A stretch of 37,985 nucleotides of DNA. Source: Candidatus Methanofastidiosia archaeon (lineage in GTDB: Archaea > Methanobacteriota_B > Thermococci > Methanofastidiosales > Methanofastidiosaceae). Below the pieces are notes generated by a model. That model was not told the origin of the DNA and did not search any database. It worked only from the letters and a program-made list of their open reading frames with translations. The DNA lies in contig PWMA01000144.1 in NCBI GenBank assembly GCA_003558335.1, positions 1 through 37,985 of the forward strand. The letters run 5' to 3'. Positions 28,283 to 37,985 of this stretch are shown here, one piece after another. Position 1 is the stretch's first letter. Every line of letters begins with the position of its first letter. The position numbers and the translations under genes were made by a program.

Positions 28283-29234
28283 ACTCAAAATTCATATTTG
28301 AGACTCTCCCTGATTCATCTATCTGTATGAATAATATCTCTGGACTTTTTAGCCCTACAGTTGTTTTTAGTTCTTCTATAGCTGTGTCAAGATCTCCCAC
28401 TCTATCAGCAAATCCGTATGTAACTGCTTGTTGGCCTCTCCAAGTATTTCCATCAGAGTACTCTAAAACTTCTTCAATTGTAAGATCTCTTCCTCTTGAA
28501 ACGACATAGATAAATCTATTAAAACTTTCGTTAATATTATTTCTAATATTCTCTCTATCTTCATCAGTTAGAGGTCTCCAGGGAGCTCCAAGATCTTTTT
28601 CTTCTCCTGTTTTTATTACCTCTATTTTAATACCGTGCTTTTTGAAGTACTCTGTTAAGTCTTCATGAACGTATATTACACCTATGCCTCCTAAAACAGC
28701 ATCAGGTTTTGCAACTATTTTATCACAGGCAACAGTTAGATAATACCCTCCAGAAGCAGCTATACCTCCTACATATGCCACAACAGGTTTTCTCGTTCTA
28801 AGTCGATAAATTTCATCGTAAATTTGAGTAACTGTAGTAACTCCTCCGCCGGGACTGTCGATCCATAAAATAACGCCTCCGATATCCTTATCATCGGCAA
28901 GTTTTCTTAACTGAACAGTAATAGGCAATACATTATTTTGATTTAATACTCCAAATAATCTGACTACAGCTATATTACCATCAACTGGTATATTTTGATC
29001 TCTTATCCTCTCAATCTCTTCTGTTAATCTTTGTATTTCTTCATTTTCCAGGTGCTCTTGAGACTCATAAGCAGAAAGTTTCGATTGTAAAATATCAGCT
29101 TCGCCGCTACTTATAACTTCTCCCTGTCTTGGTAAAAAATCAATTCCGTTTGAATTAAAGATGCAACCTATTGTACCAGTTGCGATAACAAAAATAGTAA
29201 ATATTAAAAATAAAAATTTTTTATTTGATTTCAT
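28236..29234 (-). CDS. sppA: Signal peptide peptidase SppA (S49)
   Basis: IDSPGG, KPVVA, AASGGYY, G.IGV, K.G..KD; N-terminal anchor ending TIGC. Confidence 0.9.
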   Translation of the reverse strand: MKSNKKFLFLIFTIFVIATGTIGCIFNSNGIDFLPRQGEVISSGEADILQSKLSAYESQEHLENEEIQRLTEEIERIRDQNIPVDGNIAVVRLFGVLNQNNVLPITVQLRKLADDKDIGGVILWIDSPGGGVTTVTQIYDEIYRLRTRKPVVAYVGGIAASGGYYLTVACDKIVAKPDAVLGGIGVIYVHEDLTEYFKKHGIKIEVIKTGEEKDLGAPWRPLTDEDRENIRNNINESFNRFIYVVSRGRDLTIEEVLEYSDGNTWRGQQAVTYGFADRVGDLDTAIEELKTTVGLKSPEILFIQIDESGRVSNMNFESMRYQYEPSLYIQKR

Positions 29235-29258
29235 TTTAGATCTTCACCTTAAGATTCT

Positions 29259-30482
29259 TCACTCTTTTTCCTTTGAGGGCTTTTTCTTTGCTCTAGATTT
29301 TTTTGGCTTTGATTCTTTTTTGTCATCTAGATCTTTTTCAACTTCTTCGACGGTTGTTGTAAGTTCTGTTAATTCACCATTCATTTTTTCCTTTTTCTGT
29401 TTAGGTTTTGACTTCTTCTTTGGTTTTTCTTCTTTAGAGTAGAATTGTGTCATGAATATGTATGCGCCTGCAAGCACCAGTATAATAAGACTGCCAAATA
29501 TGAAAAGTCGGTAACTTTCAAAAAATCCAGCCTCTGAGCCCTTGTCAATAAGTACAGTTGTCACTTTAAAGTATAGTGTTTCACCTGCGAGAGGGTGGTT
29601 GAAGTCTATAACAACATAATCGTTTGTTACTTCCGTGACTCTTCCTCTTTGATTTTCTAGTGTTACGACGTCTCCCACTTCAGAGTCTAATTTAAGTATG
29701 TAGTTTTCTCCTGATTCGATTACGTTTACAACACCGTAAATTGTTTCTATTTGGCTTTTTGGAATTGCTTCAACCTTCATTGTGGTATCTGTCATTTCAA
29801 GTATTCTTAGATCTCCGATTTCAGTCGGTAAAACATCTCCTACCTCTACATCATAACGCAAAAGTATGCTGTTTTCTGTAATTTCTGTTACTGTGAATGC
29901 AACACTATTATTATTTATAGATTTGCCAACTTCTGGCTTGTGTTCTATAATAACATTATCTCCAGTAACTTCAATAACTTCTCCTGGCCAGTCTGCTAAA
30001 TCTATAGTCATGCCTACCGCAGGCTGTTGCCCATATCTAGAAACAAACGAACTAATTGTTGCCTGAAAGACTCTTGGAATTTCTTCAAACCTTGGGATCT
30101 CTTCTATTTTAGGTATTTCATCTAGAATCCTTGGCAAAGTAAATATTAACTCAGGATCTTCTGGCCCGTAGGCTTGCTCAGGAGGTATTGAAATTGTTTT
30201 TGTTTCTCCTTCCTTCATACCTAATAATCCAGTTTCAAATCCAGGAATAGTTGATCCATCTCCTATAACCACTTGTAAGGGTTCATAAATTCTATCTTCT
30301 TCATAGATTCCTTCTTTTTGTGCTTCTTCTAAAATTGAAGTATCAAAAACTGTTCCATCTTCAAGAGTTCCAATATAATCCACTCTTACAATATCTCCTC
30401 TCTCAACCGTCTTTTCCGTAGCACATCCTAAAGAAAGGAGTAACAACGTAATTATGCTAAATGTAAAAATATACCTTTTCAT
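29259..30482 (-). CDS. Exported long-type FKBP (SlyD-like) peptidyl-prolyl isomerase with C-terminal TM
   Basis: LSLGC lipobox-like signal, V.VDY.G.LEDG.VFDTS, IPGFE.GL.GM, PEQAYG, DFNHPLAG, then a TM and charged tail. ATG 30482. Confidence 0.85.
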   Translation of the reverse strand: MKRYIFTFSIITLLLLSLGCATEKTVERGDIVRVDYIGTLEDGTVFDTSILEEAQKEGIYEEDRIYEPLQVVIGDGSTIPGFETGLLGMKEGETKTISIPPEQAYGPEDPELIFTLPRILDEIPKIEEIPRFEEIPRVFQATISSFVSRYGQQPAVGMTIDLADWPGEVIEVTGDNVIIEHKPEVGKSINNNSVAFTVTEITENSILLRYDVEVGDVLPTEIGDLRILEMTDTTMKVEAIPKSQIETIYGVVNVIESGENYILKLDSEVGDVVTLENQRGRVTEVTNDYVVIDFNHPLAGETLYFKVTTVLIDKGSEAGFFESYRLFIFGSLIILVLAGAYIFMTQFYSKEEKPKKKSKPKQKKEKMNGELTELTTTVEEVEKDLDDKKESKPKKSRAKKKPSKEKE

Positions 30483-30553
30483 TTTCCCACGTATACTCAT
30501 GCCAATACAATCATTTATAAGTCTTTTTCTCTGTAAAATCTTAGGTGAATTAA

Positions 30554-31810
30554 GTGTTATACGATGTTAAGGACATATCTCTCTATGAAAAGGGAAAATT
30601 AAGAATCGAGTGGGCTAGAAGAGAGATGCCAGTATTAGAAATTATCAAAAATGAATTTAAAAAAAATAACACTCTAAAGGGTTGTAAAATCGGATGTTGC
30701 CTACATGTTACTACAGAAACTGCTAACCTTATGATTGCCTTAAAAGAAGGTGGGGCGGAAGTATTCCTATGTGCTTCAAACCCTTTAAGTACTCAAGATG
30801 ATGTTGCTGCATCGCTAGTAAAAAATTACGGTATTTCTGTTTTTGCCATTAGAGGAGAGGATAGGGATACATATTACGATCATCTCAATAGAGTTTTAGA
30901 TGCAAAAGTAAACATAACGATGGACGACGGAGGAGATCTAGTTTCAACTATAATGAAGGAAAGAAACGACGTATTGGATGAAATAATAGGTGGAACTGAA
31001 GAGACTACCACAGGAGTTATTAGATTCAAAAGCATGGAAAAGGAAGGGGTATTGAAGTACCCAATTATAGCTGTTAATGATGCCATGACAAAACATTTGT
31101 TTGATAACAGATATGGAACAGGACAGAGTACAATTGACGGAATTATACGAGCTACGAATATCCTGCTATCTGGGAAAAACTTTGTAGTATCAGGTTATGG
31201 TTGGTGTGGAAAAGGAATTGCGATGAGGGCAAAAGGAATGGGTGCAAAGGTAATCATAACTGAAACAGACGCTATAAAGGCCATAGAAGCGACTATGGAT
31301 GGATTTCCAGTAATGAAAATGGAAGATGCTTCTAAAATTGGCGATATTTTTGTTACAGTTACGGGAAATATTCATGTAATAAGACAAGAGCATTTTAACA
31401 ATATGAAGGATGGTGCAATAATAGCAAACTCTGGCCATTTCAATGTCGAAATAGACACTAATTATTTAGAAAAGCATTCACTTTCTAAAAGAGTAATTAG
31501 AGAGTCTGTTGAGGAATATGAATTCAAGGAAGGTAAGAAACTATATTTACTTGGCGAAGGTAGGTTAATAAATCTTGCAGCAGCAGAGGGCCATCCTGCT
31601 TCAGTTATGGATATGAGTTTTGCAAATCAGGCTTTGGCAGCCGAATATCTTTTTAAAGAAGGGAAGAATCTTGAAAATAAAGTTTATTCTGTGCCTGAAA
31701 TTATAGACAAAAGAATAGCTTCTCTAAAACTAAAATCAATGGGGATTTCAATAGATAATTTAACAAAAGAGCAAGAAGACTACCTTTCTTCTTGGAAAAT
31801 AGGAACTTAA
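30554..31810 (+). CDS. ahcY: S-adenosylhomocysteine hydrolase (possibly S-inosylhomocysteine-specific)
   Basis: [48 protein letters not shown]. Confidence 0.95.
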   Translation: MLYDVKDISLYEKGKLRIEWARREMPVLEIIKNEFKKNNTLKGCKIGCCLHVTTETANLMIALKEGGAEVFLCASNPLSTQDDVAASLVKNYGISVFAIRGEDRDTYYDHLNRVLDAKVNITMDDGGDLVSTIMKERNDVLDEIIGGTEETTTGVIRFKSMEKEGVLKYPIIAVNDAMTKHLFDNRYGTGQSTIDGIIRATNILLSGKNFVVSGYGWCGKGIAMRAKGMGAKVIITETDAIKAIEATMDGFPVMKMEDASKIGDIFVTVTGNIHVIRQEHFNNMKDGAIIANSGHFNVEIDTNYLEKHSLSKRVIRESVEEYEFKEGKKLYLLGEGRLINLAAAEGHPASVMDMSFANQALAAEYLFKEGKNLENKVYSVPEIIDKRIASLKLKSMGISIDNLTKEQEDYLSSWKIGT

Positions 31811-31880
31811 GTCTAATGATACTCTCTTAGAGGAAATAATAAATACTCATTTGTTTACTTTATTTTAGGGAGATTACTAA

Positions 31881-33398
31881 ATGTTATTGGATATTAAATT
31901 ACTGGATATTGAGGCCACAGATTACCCTCTTGTTTTAATGCATAAGGAAGATGCCAAGTTTATTGGTGTTAGAAGACTTGATAGGGTAAATGTTAGAGTA
32001 CAAACTGAAAATTTCGTAGCCGTTGTCGACTTAACAGAAAAAATTGTTTCTAAAGGCCAAATTGGAGTTTATGATTACATATGTAAAAAATTAGATTTAT
32101 CTTGTACTGTTCAGGCTGAAGTTACCCCTGCTGCCCCTCCAGAATCTGTCCTTTATATAAGAAAAAAATTAGATGGGAATACTTTAGCTAAAGACGAAAT
32201 ATATAGTATAATAAAAGACACAGTGGATAATAGATTAAGTGATGTTGAGTTATCTGCTTTCATATCTGCAATATATACAAGAGGGCTTACCATTGAAGAG
32301 GTACTCAATCTTATCAACAGCATGGTTAACACAGGCCAAATTCTTGATATAAAGAAAAAACCAGTTTTTGATAAACATTGTATAGGGGGGGTCCCAGGAA
32401 ATAGAACTACTATGGTTGTAGTTCCTATTTTAGGAGCTGCAGGCTTAACTATCCCCAAAACTTCTTCTAGAGCAATTTCTAGCGCATCCGGAACTACAGA
32501 TACGATGGAAGTATTATCTGAAGTTAGTTTTCATAAAGATGAAATTGAAAGAATAGTTAATAAAATAGGATGTTGTATAGTATGGGGCGGGGGTGTTGAT
32601 TTAGCTATAGCTGATGATAAGTTGATAAAAGTTAGAAACCCTTTGAAATTAGATCCCCAGTCTTTACTTTTAGCTAGTATACTTGCAAAGAAAAAAGCCG
32701 TAGGCTCTGATAAAGTAGTTATAGATATACCAGTAAGTAAAAATGCTAAAATTAAAGACAATAACTTGGCAAAGAAACTCGCAAGAGATTTCATAGAACT
32801 AGGTGAAAAACTTGAAATGGAGATAAAATGTATTATTACCTATGGCGGCAAACCTGTAGGTCGAGGTATTGGGCCTGGACTTGAAGCAATTGATGTTCTA
32901 AATGTTTTAGAGGGCAAGGGTCCTTATGATTTAAGGCAAAGGTCATCTGAAATAGCGGGGCTATTGTTTGAAATGGGAGGCAAGGCACCTAGAGGTATGG
33001 GAAGAGAGATTGCAGAACAGATGATTGATAAAGGAAAAGCAATATCTAAATTTAGACAGATTATCGAGGAGCAAGGAGGAGATTCTAAGATTAAACCTGA
33101 AGATATCCCGATTGGTTCTTACAATCATACTATAAAATCAGAAGTCGAAGGAAGAATAGATTTTATGGATACCGTTATGATAAATAGAATTGCACGAGTA
33201 TGCGGAGCTCCAGATGATAAAGGCGCAGGCCTCTATTTCCATGTTGAAAAAGGTGAAAAAGTATCAAAAGGTCAAAAGCTATTTACCCTTTATGCCGATA
33301 AAGAGAGAAAAATAGATAATGCCCTTAAAGTTCTAGATGGAAGCCCAATAAGGGTTGAAAAAGTAATATTTGATATAGTGGAAGGAGTTTCAGTCTAA
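31881..33398 (+). CDS. AMP phosphorylase (archaeal thymidine phosphorylase-like)
   Basis: N-terminal extension, DKH.IGGVPGN, IPKTSSRAI.S..GT.D.MEVL, GAP.D..AG. Confidence 0.9.
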   Translation: MLLDIKLLDIEATDYPLVLMHKEDAKFIGVRRLDRVNVRVQTENFVAVVDLTEKIVSKGQIGVYDYICKKLDLSCTVQAEVTPAAPPESVLYIRKKLDGNTLAKDEIYSIIKDTVDNRLSDVELSAFISAIYTRGLTIEEVLNLINSMVNTGQILDIKKKPVFDKHCIGGVPGNRTTMVVVPILGAAGLTIPKTSSRAISSASGTTDTMEVLSEVSFHKDEIERIVNKIGCCIVWGGGVDLAIADDKLIKVRNPLKLDPQSLLLASILAKKKAVGSDKVVIDIPVSKNAKIKDNNLAKKLARDFIELGEKLEMEIKCIITYGGKPVGRGIGPGLEAIDVLNVLEGKGPYDLRQRSSEIAGLLFEMGGKAPRGMGREIAEQMIDKGKAISKFRQIIEEQGGDSKIKPEDIPIGSYNHTIKSEVEGRIDFMDTVMINRIARVCGAPDDKGAGLYFHVEKGEKVSKGQKLFTLYADKERKIDNALKVLDGSPIRVEKVIFDIVEGVSV

Positions 33399-33487
33399 TT
33401 TCAATAGTATTATCAGAAAACTTAAATCCCGAAAAACTAAAAAAATAATAACTGATTTTAACATTTAAACTCATAAGGTGAATCATA

Positions 33488-34417
33488 ATGGATGAGATAA
33501 TTGTAATTGGCCATAAAAATCCTGATACAGATTCTGTTGTTGCTGCAAAAATGTATTCTATACTGATGGAAAAAAAAGGAAAAAAGAGTTTTCCTCGCAT
33601 AGCAGGCGATGTGAATCAAGAAACAAAATTTATTTTTTCACACTTTAAAGAAGAGATCCCCAAAAAAGTAACAAAGAAAGAAATAGATGAAAGAAAATTT
33701 TTCCTTGTAGATCATAATGATATTGAACAAAGCGTTGCCAAGAAAGAAAGCATCTGTGGCGTTTTAGATCATCATCAGTTATCTGGGTTTAAAACTGACA
33801 CTCCTTTGTATTTTCGAATAGAGCCAATTGGAAGCACTTCAACACTTGTCTATAAAATAATGAAAGAAGGCAATAAGACAGTAAATGAAAAAGAGGCTGG
33901 CCTAATTCTTTCTGGAATAATCTCCGATACCTTAAATCTTAGTTCTCCAACAACAACTGAAGAGGACATCGATTCCTATAATGAACTATCAGAAATTTCA
34001 GGAATAGATCCAAACAAATTTGCAAAGAAAATGTTTGATGCCAAATCCGATTTTTCTGGAAAAAGTATTAAAGATATAATCTATGCAGATTTGAAAACAT
34101 TCGAATTTGGAGGCCATAAAATAGGAATTGGAGTTTCTGAAACAACCTCAACTTCTTACTTTGAAAAAAATATAGAAGAATTAGTAACTTCACTGAATGA
34201 AGTAAAAAACAATGAAAAATATGAAGCCTTTTTCTTTGGAGCTGTAGATATTATGAATAAAAACACCTTACTTTTTCCTGCAGGCGAAGATGAAAAAAAT
34301 GTGATAGAAAAAGTTTTTCAGGGAGAAAAGAGAAATGCTTACTTCTTTTTAAAAGGTGTTTCTTCTAGGAAAAAACAAATATCTCCCCTCTTATCGAAAT
34401 ACTATGAAAAGAAATAA
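33488..34417 (+). CDS. ppaC: Mn-dependent (family II, DHH) inorganic pyrophosphatase
   Basis: GHKNPDTDS, LVDHN, DHH, IISDT, SRKKQ. Confidence 0.93.
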   Translation: MDEIIVIGHKNPDTDSVVAAKMYSILMEKKGKKSFPRIAGDVNQETKFIFSHFKEEIPKKVTKKEIDERKFFLVDHNDIEQSVAKKESICGVLDHHQLSGFKTDTPLYFRIEPIGSTSTLVYKIMKEGNKTVNEKEAGLILSGIISDTLNLSSPTTTEEDIDSYNELSEISGIDPNKFAKKMFDAKSDFSGKSIKDIIYADLKTFEFGGHKIGIGVSETTSTSYFEKNIEELVTSLNEVKNNEKYEAFFFGAVDIMNKNTLLFPAGEDEKNVIEKVFQGEKRNAYFFLKGVSSRKKQISPLLSKYYEKK

Positions 34418-34427
34418 CTTATATAGT

Positions 34428-34760
34428 TTATTTGTTTTCTTTTTTAATCTTCTTTTCTTTTATGTAAGGTATCCTTTTTATATTTCCGCATTTTAAACAA
34501 GTAAAAGTTATTTTTCCTTTACCTATCCTAATCCTTACAGTTTCATTTGGTATAAAAAAAATAAAACATTTTTTACAATATTTTCTCTTAAATCTATAAG
34601 GAATTCTTATTTTATGTCGTCTAGAGATGGCCACAGCAGTTTTTATAGAATTTCTTGATAGAATTTCATCATTTTTATTTATTTCTGAGAGCTTTAGAAG
34701 CTCCTTTATTCTCTCAGAAGCTACTTTTTTCCTTAATCCTTTTCTTTCTTTCCATCTCAT
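34428..34760 (-). CDS. rnp4: RNase P protein component 4 (Rpp21)
   Basis: A.ERI..L, KR.YCKKC, TCLKCG..KR.PY zinc ribbon. Confidence 0.9.
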   Translation of the reverse strand: MRWKERKGLRKKVASERIKELLKLSEINKNDEILSRNSIKTAVAISRRHKIRIPYRFKRKYCKKCFIFFIPNETVRIRIGKGKITFTCLKCGNIKRIPYIKEKKIKKENK

Positions 34761-34910
34761 TAATTACAACCTTAACTAGCTAGTTAATAAATTCTTAGGT
34801 AGGCAATTGATTCTTAACTATATACCAAGAAAATTTTAAAAAATAAAAAGCTTTATATACCTGACTTTATCTTAAAGCACGTTCTGCCCATTAGATTGTT
34901 TCGTGATATT

Positions 34911-35744
34911 ATGATAAAAGTAGAAGAAGTAATGGTTAGGGACGTCATTTCTGTGACTATACCAGCGACAGTAAACGAAGCCCTAGAAAAAATGCAAAAA
35001 CACAAAAAACCAGACTTGCCAGTCATAAACAAAGAAAAAGAGCTTGTTGGAATTATATCTTTAGAAGATATAATAAAAAATCCTAATGAGGATCAAATAG
35101 CTTTAGTCATGTTTAGAGATTTTAAATCTGTAAAAGAAGGAGACAGTATAAATAAAGTGGCAAAGATTCTTTTAGACTATAACTTAACAAGAGTTCCAGT
35201 TATTTCTAAAGGCAAACTCATGGGGGTTGTAGCGGTTCGTGATATTGTAATGAACGGAATCTCAAAACTTGATTTAACTGAAAAATGTGAAAAGTATATG
35301 AAAGAAGAGGTGCCCTGCATTTGGCAAGAGACCCCTCTTAGATCTGCACTTATGATTATGGTTTATAGCAAATCTAACTTTTTCATGGCATTAGGAAATA
35401 ATGGCGGAATAGTGGGAATTGTTGATACTCAAGATATAATGTCTTCTGGAGAATTCATAAATGAACTTAAAACTACAGAACTTAATATTTCTGGCGAAGG
35501 GGACGATTGGACATGGGAACCGAAAAACGCTCTTCACATTGTTTCAAAGAAGCTTACACTTCCTCTAAAACCAGTTAAGGAAGTAATGTCAACTGACCTC
35601 GTAACAGTCACAAAAAAGACGCCTATTAATAGATGTGCAAAAGAGATGAAAAAGAACAACATTGAGCAAATACCTGTAATTAACGCAGAAGGTGAACTAA
35701 TAGGAATTGTCAGAGATGTTGATATTATAAAATCTCTTTTATGA
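34911..35744 (+). CDS. Tandem CBS-domain protein (4 CBS)
   Basis: V..VM..DV, LPV...LVGII, W.WE insert, IEQIPV...LIGIVRD.D. ATG 34911. Confidence 0.88.
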   Translation: MIKVEEVMVRDVISVTIPATVNEALEKMQKHKKPDLPVINKEKELVGIISLEDIIKNPNEDQIALVMFRDFKSVKEGDSINKVAKILLDYNLTRVPVISKGKLMGVVAVRDIVMNGISKLDLTEKCEKYMKEEVPCIWQETPLRSALMIMVYSKSNFFMALGNNGGIVGIVDTQDIMSSGEFINELKTTELNISGEGDDWTWEPKNALHIVSKKLTLPLKPVKEVMSTDLVTVTKKTPINRCAKEMKKNNIEQIPVINAEGELIGIVRDVDIIKSLL

Positions 35745-35754
35745 GTTGGTAATT

Positions 35755-36654
35755 TTGTTTGATTCTTTAAAAAATAAATTTTCAGGTCTTGTAGATGGGG
35801 TTAGCTCTAAAAAGATAACTGAAAAAGACCTAAACAAAATTTTAGAAGATTTTGAACTTTCTCTTCTTGAAAGCGATGTCTCTATGAGAGTGTCTGAGAA
35901 AATTGTAGACGAACTAAAGAAAAAACTTACTGGGGAAAAGATTGGTTTAACTTCAAATAAAAAAGACTTTGTAAAAATAGCGATTCAAGAAACTCTGATT
36001 GAAATGCTTGAGTATAAAAAATATGATATTTTTAAAGAAATAAACAAAAAGAGGAAGAATGGAGAGATATTTTCTATTGCATTTGTTGGATTCAATGGAA
36101 CAGGAAAGACTACGACAATTGCTAAATTTGCTAAATTATTAAATGATAAAGGTTATCAAGTTGTTATAGCTGCATCAGATACTTTTAGAGCAGGCTCAAT
36201 TGAACAACTTTCATTACACGCTGAAAAACTTGGAGTTAAGATCATAAAGCACAACTATAAAGCTGACCCCGCAGCAGTTGCTTTTGATGCAATAAATCAT
36301 GCAAAAGCTAGAGGGATTGATGTAGTTTTGATAGATACTGCTGGGCGTTCAGAGATTAATCGGAACCTAATGGACGAAATGAAAAAACTCATTAGGGTAT
36401 CAAATCCAGATATGAAAATATTCGTCGGTGATTCTCTTGCGGGAAATGCTGTAGCTGAGCAAGCTAAAAAATTTTCTGAAATTGGACTTGATGGTACAAT
36501 TCTAACTAAGGTTGATGCAGATTCAAGAGGAGGGGCAGCTCTATCAATAAGTTATATAACAGAAAAGCCGATATTGTATATAGGAACTGGACAAGGATAC
36601 GATGACTTAAAACCATTTGATGCAATGTGGCTAGTTGAAAGAATACTCCCATAA
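35755..36654 (+). CDS. ftsY: SRP receptor FtsY (NG domains only)
   Basis: G.NGTGKTTT, DTFRAG, DTAGR, TK.DAD..GG, GTGQ.Y.DL. Likely start TTG 35755 (MFDSLK). Confidence 0.95.
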   Translation: MFDSLKNKFSGLVDGVSSKKITEKDLNKILEDFELSLLESDVSMRVSEKIVDELKKKLTGEKIGLTSNKKDFVKIAIQETLIEMLEYKKYDIFKEINKKRKNGEIFSIAFVGFNGTGKTTTIAKFAKLLNDKGYQVVIAASDTFRAGSIEQLSLHAEKLGVKIIKHNYKADPAAVAFDAINHAKARGIDVVLIDTAGRSEINRNLMDEMKKLIRVSNPDMKIFVGDSLAGNAVAEQAKKFSEIGLDGTILTKVDADSRGGAALSISYITEKPILYIGTGQGYDDLKPFDAMWLVERILP

Positions 36655-36688
36655 CCTTTATAAGCAATCTGACTTTAGGTTTTCTAAT

Positions 36689-36763
36689 GGCCGGGGTAGG
36701 GTAGCATGGTTATCCTATGGGACTGTGGATCCCATGACTCGGGTTCAAATCTCGGCTCCGGCC
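36689..36763 (+). tRNA. tRNA-His (GTG) with encoded G-1; CCA not fully encoded
   Basis: Acceptor GCCGGGG/CTCCGGC (36690-96/36756-62), anticodon arm TGGGA-CTGTGGA-TCCCA, T arm TCGGG-TTCAAAT-CTCGG, C73 at 36763, G-1 at 36689. TATA TTTATAAG at 36657-36664. Confidence 0.96.
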
Positions 36764-36900
36764 CCTACTTTAAATAAACTTTTATTTTAAAAATAACTAA
36801 CTTAACGATATTATTTAGTGATTTTTTATATATTATAGATATGCTGCAGATAATTATTTAAATTTAGATATTTTTATATTAATAAAAAAGAATTTGTGAT

Positions 36901-37374
36901 ATGATGGTTTCTGAAACTTCATGTAAATTAGATAATCTCGATAAAGATATCTTATCTGAGCTTCAAAAAGATGCAACAATTTCTTATAAAGATTTATCTA
37001 AGAAGATAGGCGCTGCCGAATCTACAGTTTATGATCGTACCAGAAGACTCAGGAGTATGGGGATCATCAAAGGAATTGTCCCTCTATTAGATGCAAAAAA
37101 ATGTGGCAAACTTACTACCGCATGGATAAGAGTTTCTATTGACAATATACAAGATGTCGGTAGGATCTCTAAAGAACTATCAATGATTGATGAATTGCTT
37201 GAAGTTCACGAAATTTCTGGTGAGTGGGACATACTATTAAAGACTAAAGTAACAGACAACGAAGAGTTGAGGGACCTTGAAGTGGAAAAAATAGGGCCTA
37301 TTAAAGGGATAAAAGGTCTTTACTCTCTTATTGTAGTTAGAACTGAAAAAGAAGATATAAGAATAAAACTTTGA
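36901..37374 (+). CDS. Lrp/AsnC-family transcriptional regulator
   Basis: LD.LD..IL..LQ.DA, HTH with STV..R...L...GII, ISG.WD RAM-domain motif. Confidence 0.92.
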   Translation: MMVSETSCKLDNLDKDILSELQKDATISYKDLSKKIGAAESTVYDRTRRLRSMGIIKGIVPLLDAKKCGKLTTAWIRVSIDNIQDVGRISKELSMIDELLEVHEISGEWDILLKTKVTDNEELRDLEVEKIGPIKGIKGLYSLIVVRTEKEDIRIKL

Positions 37375-37401
37375 TCTATAAAAAATAAAAAAATAGATAA
37401 A

Positions 37402-37899
37402 TTAATCTATTTTACTAAACGCTTTTTTTGTTGCCCCACAAACTGGACATTTATCTGGAGCATCATCGCCAATTGTATAACCACACACTCCACATACATA
37501 GTAATCTTTTATTGGAAAGTTTTCTAGATTGCTTAGAGCATTTTTGTAAAGTTTAGCATGTATCTGTTCTACTTCATTAGCGAAAACAAAAGATTTTTCA
37601 GCTACTTTGTTCCCTTCTTCTTTTGCTTCTTCTATCATCTTAGGATAAATACTTACAAACTCATGAGTCTCTCCAGAAATGGCTTCTTCTAGATTTTCTT
37701 TTGTTGTTTTTATTTCACCCAGTGCACGAAGATGGCTATGTGCATGAACTGTTTCTGCCGCAGCAGCAGCCCTAAATAGTTTGGCAACGCCAATGTATCC
37801 TTCTTGTTCAGCTTTTTTTGCAAAGGCTAGATATTTTCTATTTGCTTGAGATTCCCCAGCAAAAGCTTCCATTAAATTTTTCTTAGTTTTTTCACTCAT
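37402..37899 (-). CDS. rbr: Rubrerythrin
   Basis: AFAGESQA..KY, E.VH, GE..E, E..H diiron ligands; C-terminal CGVCG...CPVCG. Confidence 0.93.
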   Translation of the reverse strand: MSEKTKKNLMEAFAGESQANRKYLAFAKKAEQEGYIGVAKLFRAAAAAETVHAHSHLRALGEIKTTKENLEEAISGETHEFVSIYPKMIEEAKEEGNKVAEKSFVFANEVEQIHAKLYKNALSNLENFPIKDYYVCGVCGYTIGDDAPDKCPVCGATKKAFSKID

Positions 37900-37985
37900 A
37901 ATATCACTTGATAACAGTTTATTATTATATTAGTTCTCCTTGTAATTTATCTTTTTTCTAGCTCTAGGTCCATCATTAAAAGACC

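Noticed and set aside
82..33600. Short ORF-track entries lying antisense to or inside larger genes (e.g. 82-351, 2027-2371, 4038-4430, 11864-12298, 17562-17933, 29161-29442, 33325-33600)
   Set aside because: They are shadows of well-supported genes, with Ser/Phe/Ile-rich antisense composition and no recognisable motifs.
35755..36654. FtsY as a truncated pseudogene lacking the acidic domain
   Set aside because: All GTPase motifs are intact, it starts with the typical MF..LK helix, and NG-only FtsY proteins are common.
37909..37927. PerR/Fur-like site TGATAACAGTTTATTATTA upstream of rubrerythrin
   Set aside because: Biologically plausible, but only an imperfect 6-7-6 dyad in very AT-rich DNA; too weak to call.
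1..37985. CRISPR array, cas genes, IS elements, defence or prophage genes
   Set aside because: No regularly spaced repeats or diagnostic motifs were seen. The ATPase lacks TPR or effector domains, and no nuclease partner lies next to it.
37930..37985. 3' end of a minus-strand gene at the window edge
   Set aside because: Two open frames (GLLMMDLELEKR* and SFNDGPRARKKINYKEN*) are possible and too short to identify.

Overview
AT-rich, tightly packed archaeal chromosomal window. Archaeal markers include aRF1, RNase P Rpp21, AMP phosphorylase, ApgM, geranylgeranyl reductase, BRE/TATA promoters and GGTGA/GGAGG RBSs. A stand-alone methanogenesis-marker-9 protein, Thermococcales-like genes and methylmalonyl-CoA genes suggest a Methanofastidiosum-like (WSA2) methanogen (inference). 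Contents: a non-oxidative pentose phosphate operon (tkt, tal, rpe), a metal-binding SBP, arsC, two different bactofilin-like beta-helix proteins, a STAND/ExeA-like ATPase divergent from a membrane protein plus an exported Lon-type protease, mce/meaB/B12-binding mutase subunit, a pst operon with a PstC-PstA fusion and two PhoU proteins, tRNA-Pro(TGG), citrate synthase, ALDH, DUF362, aRF1 head-to-head with a CDIN1/C15orf41-like nuclease, SppA, an exported long FKBP, ahcY, AMP phosphorylase, PPase, ftsY, tRNA-His(GTG), Lrp and rubrerythrin. No mobile element or CRISPR array was seen. Two items are missing from the ORF track: a ~155-nt three-hairpin candidate sRNA at 24183-24340 with its own BRE/TATA and an upstream Fur-box-like operator, and a 34-aa acidic micro-ORF at 14822-14926. 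All calls come from motif reading; no database searches were run.
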